The notes under the pieces were generated by a model. That model saw only the letters and a list, made by a program, of their open reading frames with translations, had not been told where the DNA came from and searched no databases. 64,000 nucleotides of DNA, from NCBI GenBank assembly GCA_964016885.1, contig OZ024742.1, positions 22,878,001 through 22,942,000 of the forward strand, given 5' to 3'. Origin of the DNA: Eledone cirrhosa. Taxonomy: Eukaryota. The stretch's first letter is position 1. Each line of letters begins with the position of its first letter. The translations under genes were made by a program, and so were the position numbers. This document shows positions 40,517 to 52,826 of the stretch, in pieces.

Positions 40517-40559
40517 ACGTTGCTGACGATAGCTAATAAGCTTGAAACTAGTACAGCGT
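40517..40559 (+). ncRNA. Type I hammerhead ribozyme, predicted cleavage after 40553
   Basis: ACGUUG-CUGACGA-U-AGCU(aaua)AGCU-U-GAAA-CUAG-UA^CAGCGU. Confidence 0.85.
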
Positions 40560-40941
40560 TCCTTTGTCAGTGTTGAACAAACGAGCAACGATGATTGCTG
40601 GACACTACGGCTTAATACGGGATGTTTGTTTACAATACAAGCACACCGAGCATTATAATAAATGTTCGGTGAGTCCATACGTACATATATATATGTGTGC
40701 ATGTATGTATATATATATACACACTTCTGTACGTCTGTATACATATATGTATGTACGTGTACATACTTATATTTAAGTAACAGCCGTACTAAGAGTGGGA
40801 AATGAAATTTCGTTTCATTTTTTCCGTTTACCGTTTTCGGTGCCCCCGGCCGATTAACCCACTCGATATGCAAATTGGGCTGCTCAGCCGTTAATATGCA
40901 TAAGGTAAGTATATACGTTCAACAATCTGGCAGGAAGGTAT

Positions 40942-40984
40942 ACGTTGCTGACGATAGTTAATAAGCTTGAAACTAGTACAGCGT
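40942..40984 (+). ncRNA. Type I hammerhead ribozyme, predicted cleavage after 40978
   Basis: Same motif, stem II AGUU/AGCU (wobble); stem I extends with CUGGCA/UGUCAG. Confidence 0.83.
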
Positions 40985-41289
40985 TCCTTTGTCAGTGTTG
41001 AACAAACGAGCAACGATGGTTGCTGGACTCTACGGCTTAATACGGGATGTTTGTTTACAAGCACACCGAGCATTATAATAAATGTTCGGTGAATCCATAC
41101 GTACATATATATATATGTGTGCATGTATGTATATATATATATATATACTACTGTACGTCTGTATACATATATGTATGTACGTGTACATACTTATATTTAT
41201 ATATATATATATCCGTGTGTATCGTAAATGAAATTGTAGATATATTCTAGAGAAGGATAAAGTGAGAGAAAAGAAGTGGAACAGAGAAC

Positions 41290-41840
41290 TAGATGAATAA
41301 TCGATCCAAGTATTAGACTAGTAGTTTTGTATTGACCTCGAATGAAAGAAAGGTAAAGTTGAGCTCGGAGGAATTTGAACTGAGAGAGCCGAGAACCGGA
41401 TCGAATACTGGAAAGCATTCTACCCGACCTTCTAATGACTCTGCCAATTCACTGATTGTTTCAACATATAACCATTCTATATATATCCTCTTGACGGAGC
41501 TGGATAGAATAGATTAGCAGATGATAATGACTAGATAAACTTTGAAGAGCCCTCTGCTGGATCAGAGATGATTTGGTGTTAAACAATTAAACTACAAACA
41601 CTACTACAACAATAACATTAAATACAATAACAACGATGTATGACATAAGCTTAAGGCCAGCAATATTTAGGAAGAAGATATCGATTATATCGACACTAGT
41701 GCATAACTGTTATTTAATTTTATCGACCTCGGTAGGGTGAAAGGCAAAGTTGACTTCAGCTGGATTTGAACTAGGAACGTAGAAAGTCGTACTTAAACAC
41801 CACAAAGCATGTTGTCCGACGCTCAACCGATACTGTCAGA
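41290..41840 (-). mobile_element. Two degenerate Meta-type SINEs (about 41290-41450 and 41650-41840)
   Basis: gaaaggcaaagttgac...gatttgaact motifs. Confidence 0.65.
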
Positions 41841-42084
41841 TAACAACAACAGATATTTATTGAATTGATCATCATTCGATAGTATAGTCACTGTATGGAA
41901 GTTGGTCACTGAAGGTCTAAATTCAAATCAGAGCGAGGACAATCTTGCATTCTGTTCTACATGGTTTAGTAAAACAAAATACCATTTACAAACTCCGGTT
42001 GGTTTAATCGATTCTACCCTGCTCAGTAATTTGTGGCCGTGTACCTATACCTGACATGAATAATAGAACTGTTTAAATAAGATG

Positions 42085-42390
42085 TACTTAGAGGGTAAGG
42101 TGCTGGGCGCGCGATCGTATGATTATGTGTTAGATTTCTAGACCGGGTGGCGCATCATGACCTCCAGCAAGACACTTTCTTTCACAATTTCTCACTCCAC
42201 TATTTTAGCAAAAATGTGCTCTACTTCCAATTCAAGAGGCCACACTTAGCACACACTGTGTCACACCAAACCGCCCTCAGAAGTATGTTAAGGGTAGATG
42301 TGTAATACTCCGTCAATTACACATTAATTTCTGAAGACGGCTGTTCTGTTGGTCAATCAACTAGAACACTCATCGTCTAAACCGACGGAG
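42085..42390 (+). mobile_element. Degenerate CORE-type SINE
   Basis: agcaagacactttctttcac...ccact block after a decayed tRNA head. Confidence 0.55.
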
Positions 42391-42539
42391 GTTTAATTCA
42401 TAAATTTCACGGCATATGACATTATATGATATCACCCCCCCACACACACACACACACACATAACCCAGACAGCACCTTGGCTTCCATATTTATCAACTCA
42501 TATACTATAGACTACGGAATATCCGTTTATTTCAGGCAT

Positions 42540-43520
42540 TGTTCAAAATAACAATAGCGACACGTGCCAATACTTTTCTCTGCCTAACATAAATATACAT
42601 GTAAGTCTTATGAAATGCCATCATGCAGAAAAATATTACAACATATTGAATTGTGAGATCCTTCCGTTTCCATTTGCGCAAATTAAATTTACGATTTCTT
42701 TCTTTGACAGAAGTCTTACCAACTGGCAAATGACAAAAGCGTTAATAGTGGCAAAATGAGCCAAACAGACACCAAAAGATATTAGAATTACCTCGCAGTT
42801 ATATGAAAAATCTGAGAGCAATTCTTTCTCTCTATCACTCTCAAAACGACTTAATCTGAAAAGCGTAGGTAAATGGAAAAAGGAAATTGAGAAAAAGATT
42901 AACTAGTCTGCAAAAGGTCGCTATTTCAATGACATTCTCGTAGTCAACATTGCTCCATGAAGTGACAATATATTCATAATTCACAAAAGAATTATCGGAT
43001 ATGCATGACTAAGTTACTCAGTTTAAGAATCGTGGCAGAACGAAAATGCAATATATATTTAATATAGTAATACTCGTCCATAGGGTAACTAGAAGACGAT
43101 AGAAAAAAAAAGTGGGGAGATGTAAAGGGGAAATGAATTGCGAAAGTAAAATAAATAAAAATAAAGAAGAACCAAAATAAAATAAAAATTAAAAAAAAGA
43201 GAAAAACGTAAAGAAAAAAGTGTTGCAAAAGAGTTTGGAAATCTTAAAGAGAAATGAAGTATAGGAGGTCAGCATGAGGGGGAAAGGTCTTTTCTATGTT
43301 ATGATTTACAATACTGCTAATACGACTGGCTGAGAATACAGTTTTGACAGCTCATCAAGATGGTGTTGTAGAACGAATGAAAAGAAAGTTCTCAGAACAA
43401 TAGATCCTTCGACTGTATTGAAAATTCGGTGCTATCCTAATAAAGGAAGCGTAACAAGTTTTCTAACACTAGTATTATTAGACGTGTGAACCTGCTGCCA
43501 ATCAAAAGAGCTTCTCTTCA
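42540..43520 (+). mobile_element. Possible very old Copia-type integrase relic
   Basis: Broken-frame motifs GKMSQ, SAKGRYF-MTF and TVLTAHQDGVVERMKRK in the expected order. Confidence 0.35.
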
Positions 43521-44184
43521 TCTAACAATCGTATTTAGTTCGTCAATGACACGATTGTGAATAGATATATATCCCTCACGCTTTCCCTTCCCCCATTCCT
43601 CTCATTCTTTCCATTATAGCATACTCCCCCTCTCTCTTGCACTCACTCTCCCCTTCCTCTCACTATCGTCATTACATTTCACTCCTGCATCCCCCCCCCA
43701 CTTCTCTCTCTTTACAAAACTCTCCATTCTCACTCTTCCACCTCATTCTTTACTTTCTTTTTATATCTCTCTCTCCTTTTCTATCCTTCTTCTCTTCTCC
43801 CTCTCTCAACTTTCTCTTCTGTTTTCTCTCCCTCTTTCCATAAATCTCTCCTTCTCATCCACCCATACTCTTGTTATCTACATCTCCCTCTTTTCTATAC
43901 CTTTCTCTTTTCAAATACGTCCATTTCCATTCACATTTCCCCTTCTCCTATCCCTTTCTCGACACCCTCTATTGGTATATATCTACCATTCTTTTCACAC
44001 CCTATCACCCCCTCTATCAGAAAATTAACCTTTCTCTCTCTGTTACACTCTTCCTCTCCCTCAAAACCAAAGGCCCCCTGGCAGATCTTTCTATAAACCC
44101 TTAACAACATTATTGGCAACAAATGCTCATTTAATATTTAAGAACGAACACAGTTTATAGAAGTGGACATGTGGCGAATCTTTC

Positions 44185-44792
44185 TCTCTCACCCTCTAGC
44201 CCCCCCCCCCCCCCCCATATCTATCTCCTTCTCGCTCACCCCATCTCTCTCTCCCTCTGGCTCACCCACTCTTCCTCTCCCTCTCGCTCACCCCATCTCT
44301 CTCTCCCTCTCGCTCACCCCCTCTCTCTCTCCTTCTCGCTCACACCCTCTCTCTCTCCCTCTGGCTCACCCCCTCTTCCTCTCCCTCTCGCTCACCCCAT
44401 CTCTCTCACCCTCTCGCTCACCCCTCTCTCTCTCCTTCTCGCTCACCCCCTCTCTCTCTCCCTCTCGCTCTCCCCCTCTCCCTCTCCATCTCGCTCACCC
44501 CATCTCTCTCTCCCTCTCTCTCACCCCCTCTCTCTCCCTCTCTCTCTCACCCCCCTCTCTCTCACTCTCGCTCTCCCCCTCCCCCCTCTCTATCACCCCA
44601 TCTCTCTCTCCCTCTCTCTCAACCCCTCTCTCTCACCCCCTCTCTCTCCCTCTCGCTCTCCCCCTCCATCTCGCTCACCCCATCTCTCTCTCCCTCTCTC
44701 TCACCCCCTCTCTCTCGCTCTCGCTCAACCCCCTCTTTCTCTCCCTCTCGCTCACTCCTCTCTCTCCCTCACGCTTCGCCCTCTCTCTCCCC
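44185..44792. repeat. Pyrimidine-rich minisatellite (ctcgctcacccc + (ct)n units)
   Basis: Direct inspection. Confidence 0.92.
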
Positions 44793-44911
44793 CAAATTAT
44801 ATACAGCAGCTGATAAGCTACTATGAAATATGATGTGGGAGGAGCAGGCAGGTAGATGCTTAGTATTATCTTCAATATTATTACTACTGTTACTACTGTT
44901 AGAGTAAGGAG

Positions 44912-45480
44912 GGCGGTAGAGCGTCGGACAACTTGTTTTATGGCATAGGGTTACACCCGATCTGAGTTCAAATCCTGCCGAGGTTAGCTTTCCCCTTCAT
45001 CATTACCAGGGTCGATAAAATAAAGTACCAGTAATGCACTGATATAGATTTAATCGACTTTCCCTTCCGCCCAAATTGTTGGCCTTTATTACTAGATTGG
45101 AAGTATCGGTAGAGGGTCGGACATCATGCTTTGACGCATAGAGTTATGCCCCTTGCCATTCTGAGTTCAAATCCCGCCGAGGTTAACTTTGCCTTTCATC
45201 CTTACGGGGTCGATAAAATAAAGTACCAGTAATGTACTGGTAATTGCTGGCCTTGTGCCTAAAGTAGAAACAATTATTACTAGTATAAAAGGGCGGTAGA
45301 TTGGCAGTATCGGAAGAAGGTCAGACAGCATGATTTGCAACAAAGAGTTCCGGCCCTTTATGGTCTGAGTTCAAATCCCGTCGAGGTTAACTTTGCCTTT
45401 CATCCTTGAGGGGTCGATAAAATAAAGTACCAGTGATGCACTGCGAGTTTTGCTGGCCTTGTGCCAAAAGTAGAAACAAT
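44912..45480 (+). mobile_element. Three head-to-tail Meta-type SINEs
   Basis: B box and Meta-type body repeated at about 44960, 45160 and 45365. Confidence 0.88.
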
Positions 45481-45489
45481 TATATATAT

Positions 45490-45607
45490 ATCACCAGGAA
45501 AGTTTTGAGGAAATAATTTTTTACGAATGAAACAGTTCGTAGAAATGATTTCTGGGGCACGAGAACTGATTCATTCGTAAAAAATTCTTCAAAACATTTT
45601 TGCTGAT
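45490..45607. repeat. Short fold-back
   Basis: ttttacgaatgaa.cagttc versus gaactg.ttcattcgtaaaa, with outer gttttgagga / tcttcaaaac. Confidence 0.75.
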
Positions 45608-45885
45608 TTCTTAAGTATGAGGCAACTCTAGCCCGATAGAAGTTATTTCAATAATAAAATGAATATATCTATACTCTACAAATGTATTGTCTCCCTTTTT
45701 TGACAGCTTGATTCGAGATTTACATCGGGGCCCTTCCATAAATATAAATATTCCTTTTATGTGCTAAACCTTATTCTTTCTTATATATATCTGAAGAAAT
45801 GTAGCTAAAATAATTGCTTTTTAACTATTTCTGATTGTATTCATATGCATGTAATATTTCACCTGAATTAACACGGACGCAGTGG

Positions 45886-45917
<32 letters not shown>

Positions 45918-46171
45918 TTCAAATATTAACAAATAGAATATCCTGTGACCTCTGAAATATGTATAAAATTTAATTGGTCACAAGAACATCTATATTTGAA
46001 TTTAATATTAATAACTCTAGGAAATATTTTACTGTAGAGTGCTTCCAATCTACTGTAAAACTCATTCTTTGATGTACTCATTGAATCTTGTTTAACTCTT
46101 TAATATATATATATGTATATATATATATTTATTAAAATAACAGATTTATTAAGATACATATATATATATAC

Positions 46172-46202
<31 letters not shown>

Positions 46203-46288
46203 CGTATATATATGTATATTTATATACATACATATATACATACACACACACATATATATATATAGATTTATATATATATATGTATATA

Positions 46289-46332
<44 letters not shown>

Positions 46333-46440
46333 CGTATATATATGTATATATATACATATATATATATACGTATATATATGTATATATATACATATATATA
46401 TATATACGTATATATATATATAAATATATATATATATATG

Positions 46441-46472
<32 letters not shown>

Positions 46473-46497
46473 CGTATATATATATATATATATATAC

Positions 46498-46568
<71 letters not shown>

Positions 46569-46652
46569 TATATACATATATATATAAAAATCTCTATATA
46601 TATAGATATATATATAGATATAATGAATAGATATATATATAGATATAATGAA

Positions 46653-46689
<37 letters not shown>

Positions 46690-46782
46690 CGAAGGAAGTG
46701 AGGTAAGGAACCAGGTGGACCATAACGCACCAGATTACTCGATACTTTGGGTAGTAGAGTAGGTAATAGGAAGAGATTCAGG

Positions 46783-46897
46783 ACCCCGACGGCACAGCTG
46801 AAGCCATTTCGACGTCTATATCTGGACTATAATCTGAACTAATCTGGACTCAGTCCAGATATAGCCGTCGAAACGGCTTGCGCTCTGCCGTCGGGGT
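46783..46897. repeat. GC-rich hairpin, stem about 46 bp
   Basis: accccgacggca...tttcgacg.ctatatctggact versus agtccagatatag.cgtcgaaa...tgccgtcggggt. Confidence 0.85.
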
Positions 46898-46915
46898 TTT
46901 TAACCTTTTCCTATA

Positions 46916-46983
<68 letters not shown>

Positions 46984-47833
46984 ATGCAAGAAAAAACAAA
47001 CATAGGTAGAAAAACTCTTGTTAATTTCACTCTTTATATGGTAATGGGGAAAAAAGTTCGACGTCTTGGGGTTTAGCTCTCCATCAGGAGTACGAAATAG
47101 AGACAAAATCACAAAGGACAGATACAGAAAATAAACGGTAGTCCAAGTAAAGTAAAAAAAAACGAAAATAAAGAGACCAAACAAGACAAACCGTTAGATA
47201 GTCTTGATAATATATATGTATATATATATATACAATAAAGTATGTCCGTAGAAACATTTGATAAAACATATACACTATCTACTCTCCCAATCAGCATAAT
47301 CAACCAAACAAAAAAACCAATTAAACCAGGCTATAAGATTAAAAGGTACCTATAAAGTAATAGATAAATAAACGACAGACATCTATTCGCGATCAACAGC
47401 TATTGAATATTTACCCAGCATTTCAATAGCACGTGGAAATCGATTAAATATATCGTCAACCATACTCAATTAGGTATAAAATTAAAGTTAGAAGAAAAAA
47501 TGTATATAAACATACGAAGAATACGTTTCTACCCAATGGGGTTTCATTCGCTTTTGGAAATATCCGATCAAGGATAAATTCACGAACTTCGAAATCATCA
47601 GGAAACAAACCCACTTGGACGAACATTTTTCTTAAATGATCCCCGCCAGAAACGAATTCAAAATGGCTAAGAACTGTGACGTGGCAGAGGTCAAATAAGA
47701 AAGAATGTGATTGGTGCCTTACGGCTAGTGGGCTGGTTGCTAGAAAGCACAGCCTAATATTGCCTAAATTGCATCTCAACCATATGGGAGATTATCAAAT
47801 ATAAAGATTTACATATACACAAACTAGAAAAAG

Positions 47834-47897
<64 letters not shown>

Positions 47898-48018
47898 TTT
47901 TCATATATATATGAAAGATAATAAAGAGTAGGTAAATACGAACAACAATTACATGCAGTTGGGTAAAGGGAGAGGAGTTTCAATTTCCTCTGAAGAAGGA
48001 CCAGGAGTAGCTTTGTCC

Positions 48019-48195
48019 GCCAGTATCGCTAGAAGTCGGACGCCCTGCTTTCCAGCATAGTTACGTATCTTTAACGTCTAAGTTCAAATCCCGCCGTGAT
48101 TAACTTTGCCTTTAATCCTTACGGGGCCGGGCCGATAAAATAAAGTACCAGTAATACACGGGTTAATTGCTGGCCTTGTGCCAAAAGTAGAATCA
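48019..48195 (+). mobile_element. Meta-type SINE, slightly 5'-truncated
   Basis: Family consensus. Confidence 0.85.
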
Positions 48196-48651
48196 ATTAT
48201 GACTCTGCACGTGGACAGTGCAGGAAAGTAAAGAAGGGAGATCACTGTGTTTGGTAATCCAGAACAGTAAAATAAATCTTCTGTAGTTTCACACCTATGG
48301 TAGAAGTTAGAAAAAAGACGTTTCAATGTAGCGGAGGATAGTCATTCATAAGGAAAGACATTGGACGGCTATATGAAGAACAAGAAGTGAACAACCTCTC
48401 TCTCTCTCCCCTCTCTCTCACTCTCCCTCTCCCTCTTATATATATATAAATATATACACAGAGGGAGAAAGTAACGAGGAGAGGGACGTATATAAGTCAT
48501 ATATATGAAGGTAAATTTAAATTGAATAAGGTGAGGTTTTAAACTTGTTACCATAAAATTAAGAATCATACAAAATATATTCTGTTGTGACATTAACTGC
48601 TGACATCTGAATGTAATGCAGTTATTCAAGCATAACATTGAATTTCAAGCA

Positions 48652-48720
<69 letters not shown>

Positions 48721-48731
48721 ACACATACACT

Positions 48732-48783
<52 letters not shown>

Positions 48784-48849
48784 TACATATATATAAATGT
48801 GTGTGTGTGTGTGTGTGTGCGTGTTTTTGTGGGTATATATATATATCTA

Positions 48850-48910
<61 letters not shown>

Positions 48911-49519
48911 TGTGTATAATAAGAGACCGTGTATTTATATATGATATTTGTGTGTGAGTGTGTGCGCACATATGAGGCATATTTAATATATGAGGCATCA
49001 AATCTATTCCTCTGCTGTATCATTTTTATTAAATTATCCCTACATATTTGTTAGGAGTTTATTTAAATGAAATACCCAGACTTTGTAAGCGAGATACGTG
49101 GAACTCTAAATTGCCATTAAAATTCTATAGATTTACACAAACAGAATTTATAATATTTTCTTTTTTCAGTTTATTTATCAAACTTATTTAAATCTATTTA
49201 TTTTATTCATGCAAATCGTACGAATAATGTATTTCCACACGAGAGAAGCTTTAAATTTGCCAATTTAAATATAATTCAAATCGTATAATTTCCATAAAAT
49301 TTAGATTCCCAGCCGGCAATGGTGCCAACAACTAGCTAGCATGCACCAATGCCTCTCCTTCCATGCCCTCACCTTCTCATAGATTATCACTTACAATCAT
49401 CATCTGTGCTTCATCCTGGTGATTCTATCTTTTCCAAGACACACACACACACACACACACACATACATATATATGCATGCATAAATAGATATGCATTTAC
49501 AATATATAATTATGTATGC

Positions 49520-49652
<133 letters not shown>

Positions 49653-49830
49653 ATATATACGTGTGTTTTTTTATGTGAGTATATGTATGTATCTTCACAC
49701 ATGCCTTTGAACTATATATATCGGTGTGTGTTTTCATATATTTTCACTCAAGCACACCCACACATACACAAACACATACACCTCGCGACACACACACAGA
49801 CACAGAGACAAACACACGCATACCCCCCCC

Positions 49831-49906
<76 letters not shown>

Positions 49907-50201
49907 ACTGTGCGGGTGTATGTTTTCATATCCATTTATAAAAGGGAATTTCAATATTTGACATATATTTTAAATAGGAGGATGAAGAGTTACGGAAGAA
50001 TTCAAAATCATGGATTAGCATATGTAAATCAGTCGATGTGTCTACGCTTTGTCTTTAGTTTTGGAAATGTGGGCATACACGTTTGTGTTTAATAAAATAT
50101 CTTGAGTAATTGTAAACATTTTACATGAGGCGAACAATAGACGTATTAATTTACTTGGACGACACTGCAATAATATAAGGTGAAAACATAAATAGATAAA
50201 G

Positions 50202-50308
<107 letters not shown>

Positions 50309-50393
50309 ATACACATATATATATTCAAACATATATATATACATACATATATATATATATACATATATAAATATCTAAATATATATATATACA

Positions 50394-50894
50394 TTACATT
50401 TAAGTACCAGCCGTACTAAGATTGAGAAATGAAATTTCGTTTCATTCTTTTCCATTTATCGTTTTCGGTGCGCCCGGCCGACTAACTCACTTGAATGCAA
50501 ATTAGGCTGCTCAGCTGTTAATATGCATAAGGAAAGTATATACTTTCAGACGTTCAACCATCTGACAGAAAGGTATACGATGCTGACGATAGCTAATAAG
50601 CTTGAAACTAGTACATCGTTCCTGTGTCAGTGTTGAACAAAAAGATGACGATGGTTGCCTGAAAACTGTACGGCGTAATTCGGGCTGTTGGTTTGTTTAC
50701 AAACAAACCGGGCATTATAATAAATGTTCGGTAAACCCATACGCACATATATAAATGTGTGCATGTATGTATATATATATACATACTACTTTACGTCTGT
50801 ATACATATATGTATGTACGTATACATACTTACTTACATTTAAGAAACAGCCGTACTAAGAGTGAGAAACGAAATTTCGTTTTATTCTTTTCCAT
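50394..50894 (+). mobile_element. Diverged copy of the retrozyme-like repeat, about 1.1 units with a direct terminal repeat of about 60 bp
   Basis: 50394-50455 is repeated at 50834-50894; colinear with 40770-41199. Confidence 0.83.
50577..50619 (+). ncRNA. Type I hammerhead ribozyme, predicted cleavage after 50613
   Basis: ACGAUG-CUGACGA-U-AGCU(aaua)AGCU-U-GAAA-CUAG-UA^CAUCGU; perfect stem I plus CUGACA/UGUCAG extension. Confidence 0.87.
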
Positions 50895-50895
50895 A

Positions 50896-51941
50896 TCTAC
50901 TATATAAATTGGAAGTGGTCGGACGTTGTATATTTAAGTAAATAAGTAGGTGTAGTCGGATAAACGTCGAAACGGCTTGGTGGAATGCAGCGAAAATTTA
51001 CACAGTTATGCAGAATGACCCGAGGAGGCGTTGGGTCGACTCTCAAGCTACAAGCTTTCATGGTTACGGAGAAAATCGATGAAACCGGAATTTCCCATTC
51101 AAATTGAACTGAGAGTAATCTGTGAACGCAGAAGTAAATATTTCGAGAAACGTTGCAACCGAAGGAAAACAGGAAGACGACATTTTATTCGTGAAGACGT
51201 TCCCTGGCAATGAACGGAAAAAAAGTGAGGATAATACGTTGTTATGTGGAGCGACAGGAACAATTTCATGCAAAGACAAGACCAAATTTGTGGTATAAAT
51301 GGAGTCGTTAGACTAATATTCTATTTAAAATAACAGAATGATTTCCAGCCCGGAGTTTCAGAATGATGTAACTAAAATTGAAAACGAAAATGACAGCGGT
51401 TACTAAAATAGTAAATGTAAATAGTGAAGATTTAGGCCAGTACACACCTATGCCCCGAAAGACCTACACAAACACACGTACACACACACACACAGACACA
51501 CACACTCGCGCAGGCACGCGCGCGCATATGTATAAACTTTATGCATTTCTACAGTATTTTTACCAAACTTAAGACATAGGTTACTTATGTACACCGGATG
51601 GTTATGGGCACTTTCATTTTTCCAGATATTGATTATAAGGCCTCTCGCTTCATTGAGTCGACTGAAGCACTGCAGTGCAATGCAACAAAACGTCATAACT
51701 TCTGGAGTTCGCAACCGATTTTCACAAAACTTGACACATGGGCTACGTTTGTCCTACAGATGAATGTGAACACTCAGAATAGGGACATATTTAGTAGGGG
51801 ACCCCTGGGGGCAGGAAGCCCATTTTGGAAAAAGCCGATGATTTTGTAAAAGTATAGTTTTCGAAGCAGCACTGAAGTATTGACATAAATGGTATATACA
51901 ACTGCTATTTAATACCCGAGCAACGCCGGGTACCTCTGGTA

Positions 51942-51942
<1 letters not shown>
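50896..51942 (+). mobile_element. Non-autonomous Helitron-like element
   Basis: a|TCtactatataaa start; 3' hairpin acccg.gcaacgccgggt followed by gTAG|t; no TSD. Confidence 0.75.
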
Positions 51943-52009
<67 letters not shown>

Positions 52010-52069
52010 GAGATTTTTTTACAAAATGAAAAAAAACGAGATGTCCTACACGAGTGAAAGTATAAGGAA

Positions 52070-52757
52070 AATAAGATGAAATCGAAAATGCAACTGGGGT
52101 CTTTTAAAAATATTTATTTGGTTCGTTTACCGGTTTCGCAGTTCTTGTGCTTTTCAAAAGTAGAATTGAGATGGAGGGTTTGTGGTTTTTCTCGCATCTG
52201 GTTTGTGTTCGAATATTACTTCTGTTTTATATGGAAAAAAATGGCTCGAAATGCTAGGTTTTTAGAAAAGTAATTTGGTTGGTTGATGACTGTCATGTAA
52301 ATAACTATAATAAATTTCGCGCCAGTTGGCGTTACAAAGTTCTTATTTGCCTTTAAAAGATGCAGTCACATGAATATGCACATCAACTTTCGCGCCAGTT
52401 TGTGTTTAAATTTCTTTTTACTTAAGAAAAGTGGCTCAAGAAGGTTTTTTTTATAAATGTAATTTTGATTGGTTATAAATGAAATTATGACTGACACGTG
52501 AACAAGTACATTAAATTTCGCCTCCGTATTTGGGAATTTTTTTGTAGACATTTAGAGAATTTTGTGCCAAACAATGGTCAAGAAAAAAGGGAGGGGGAAA
52601 ATTGTTCTGGTTCAGTGAATATGGCTCATGTGCTGGGGTGTCAAAATTCAGACTTTCTATTGAAATAAGAAAAGTAGAAATATGTATTTTTATTTGTGTG
52701 CTGGTGTGTGTGCGTTCGTGCATGCGTGTGCGTGCGTGCATGCGTGTGCGTGTGCGT

Positions 52758-52826
<69 letters not shown>

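Larger units (their letters stand above)
40377..41199 (+). mobile_element. Retrozyme-like non-coding element: inverted 5' arm + about 1.6 tandem units of 425 nt, two hammerheads
   Basis: 40377-40508 is the reverse complement of 40700-40830; 40509-40775 is repeated at 40934-41199; no ORF; embedded in (TA)n. Confidence 0.82.

Noticed and set aside
47456-47779. 107-aa ORF and the open frame on the opposite strand
   Set aside because: No recognisable motif; cannot be supported without a search.
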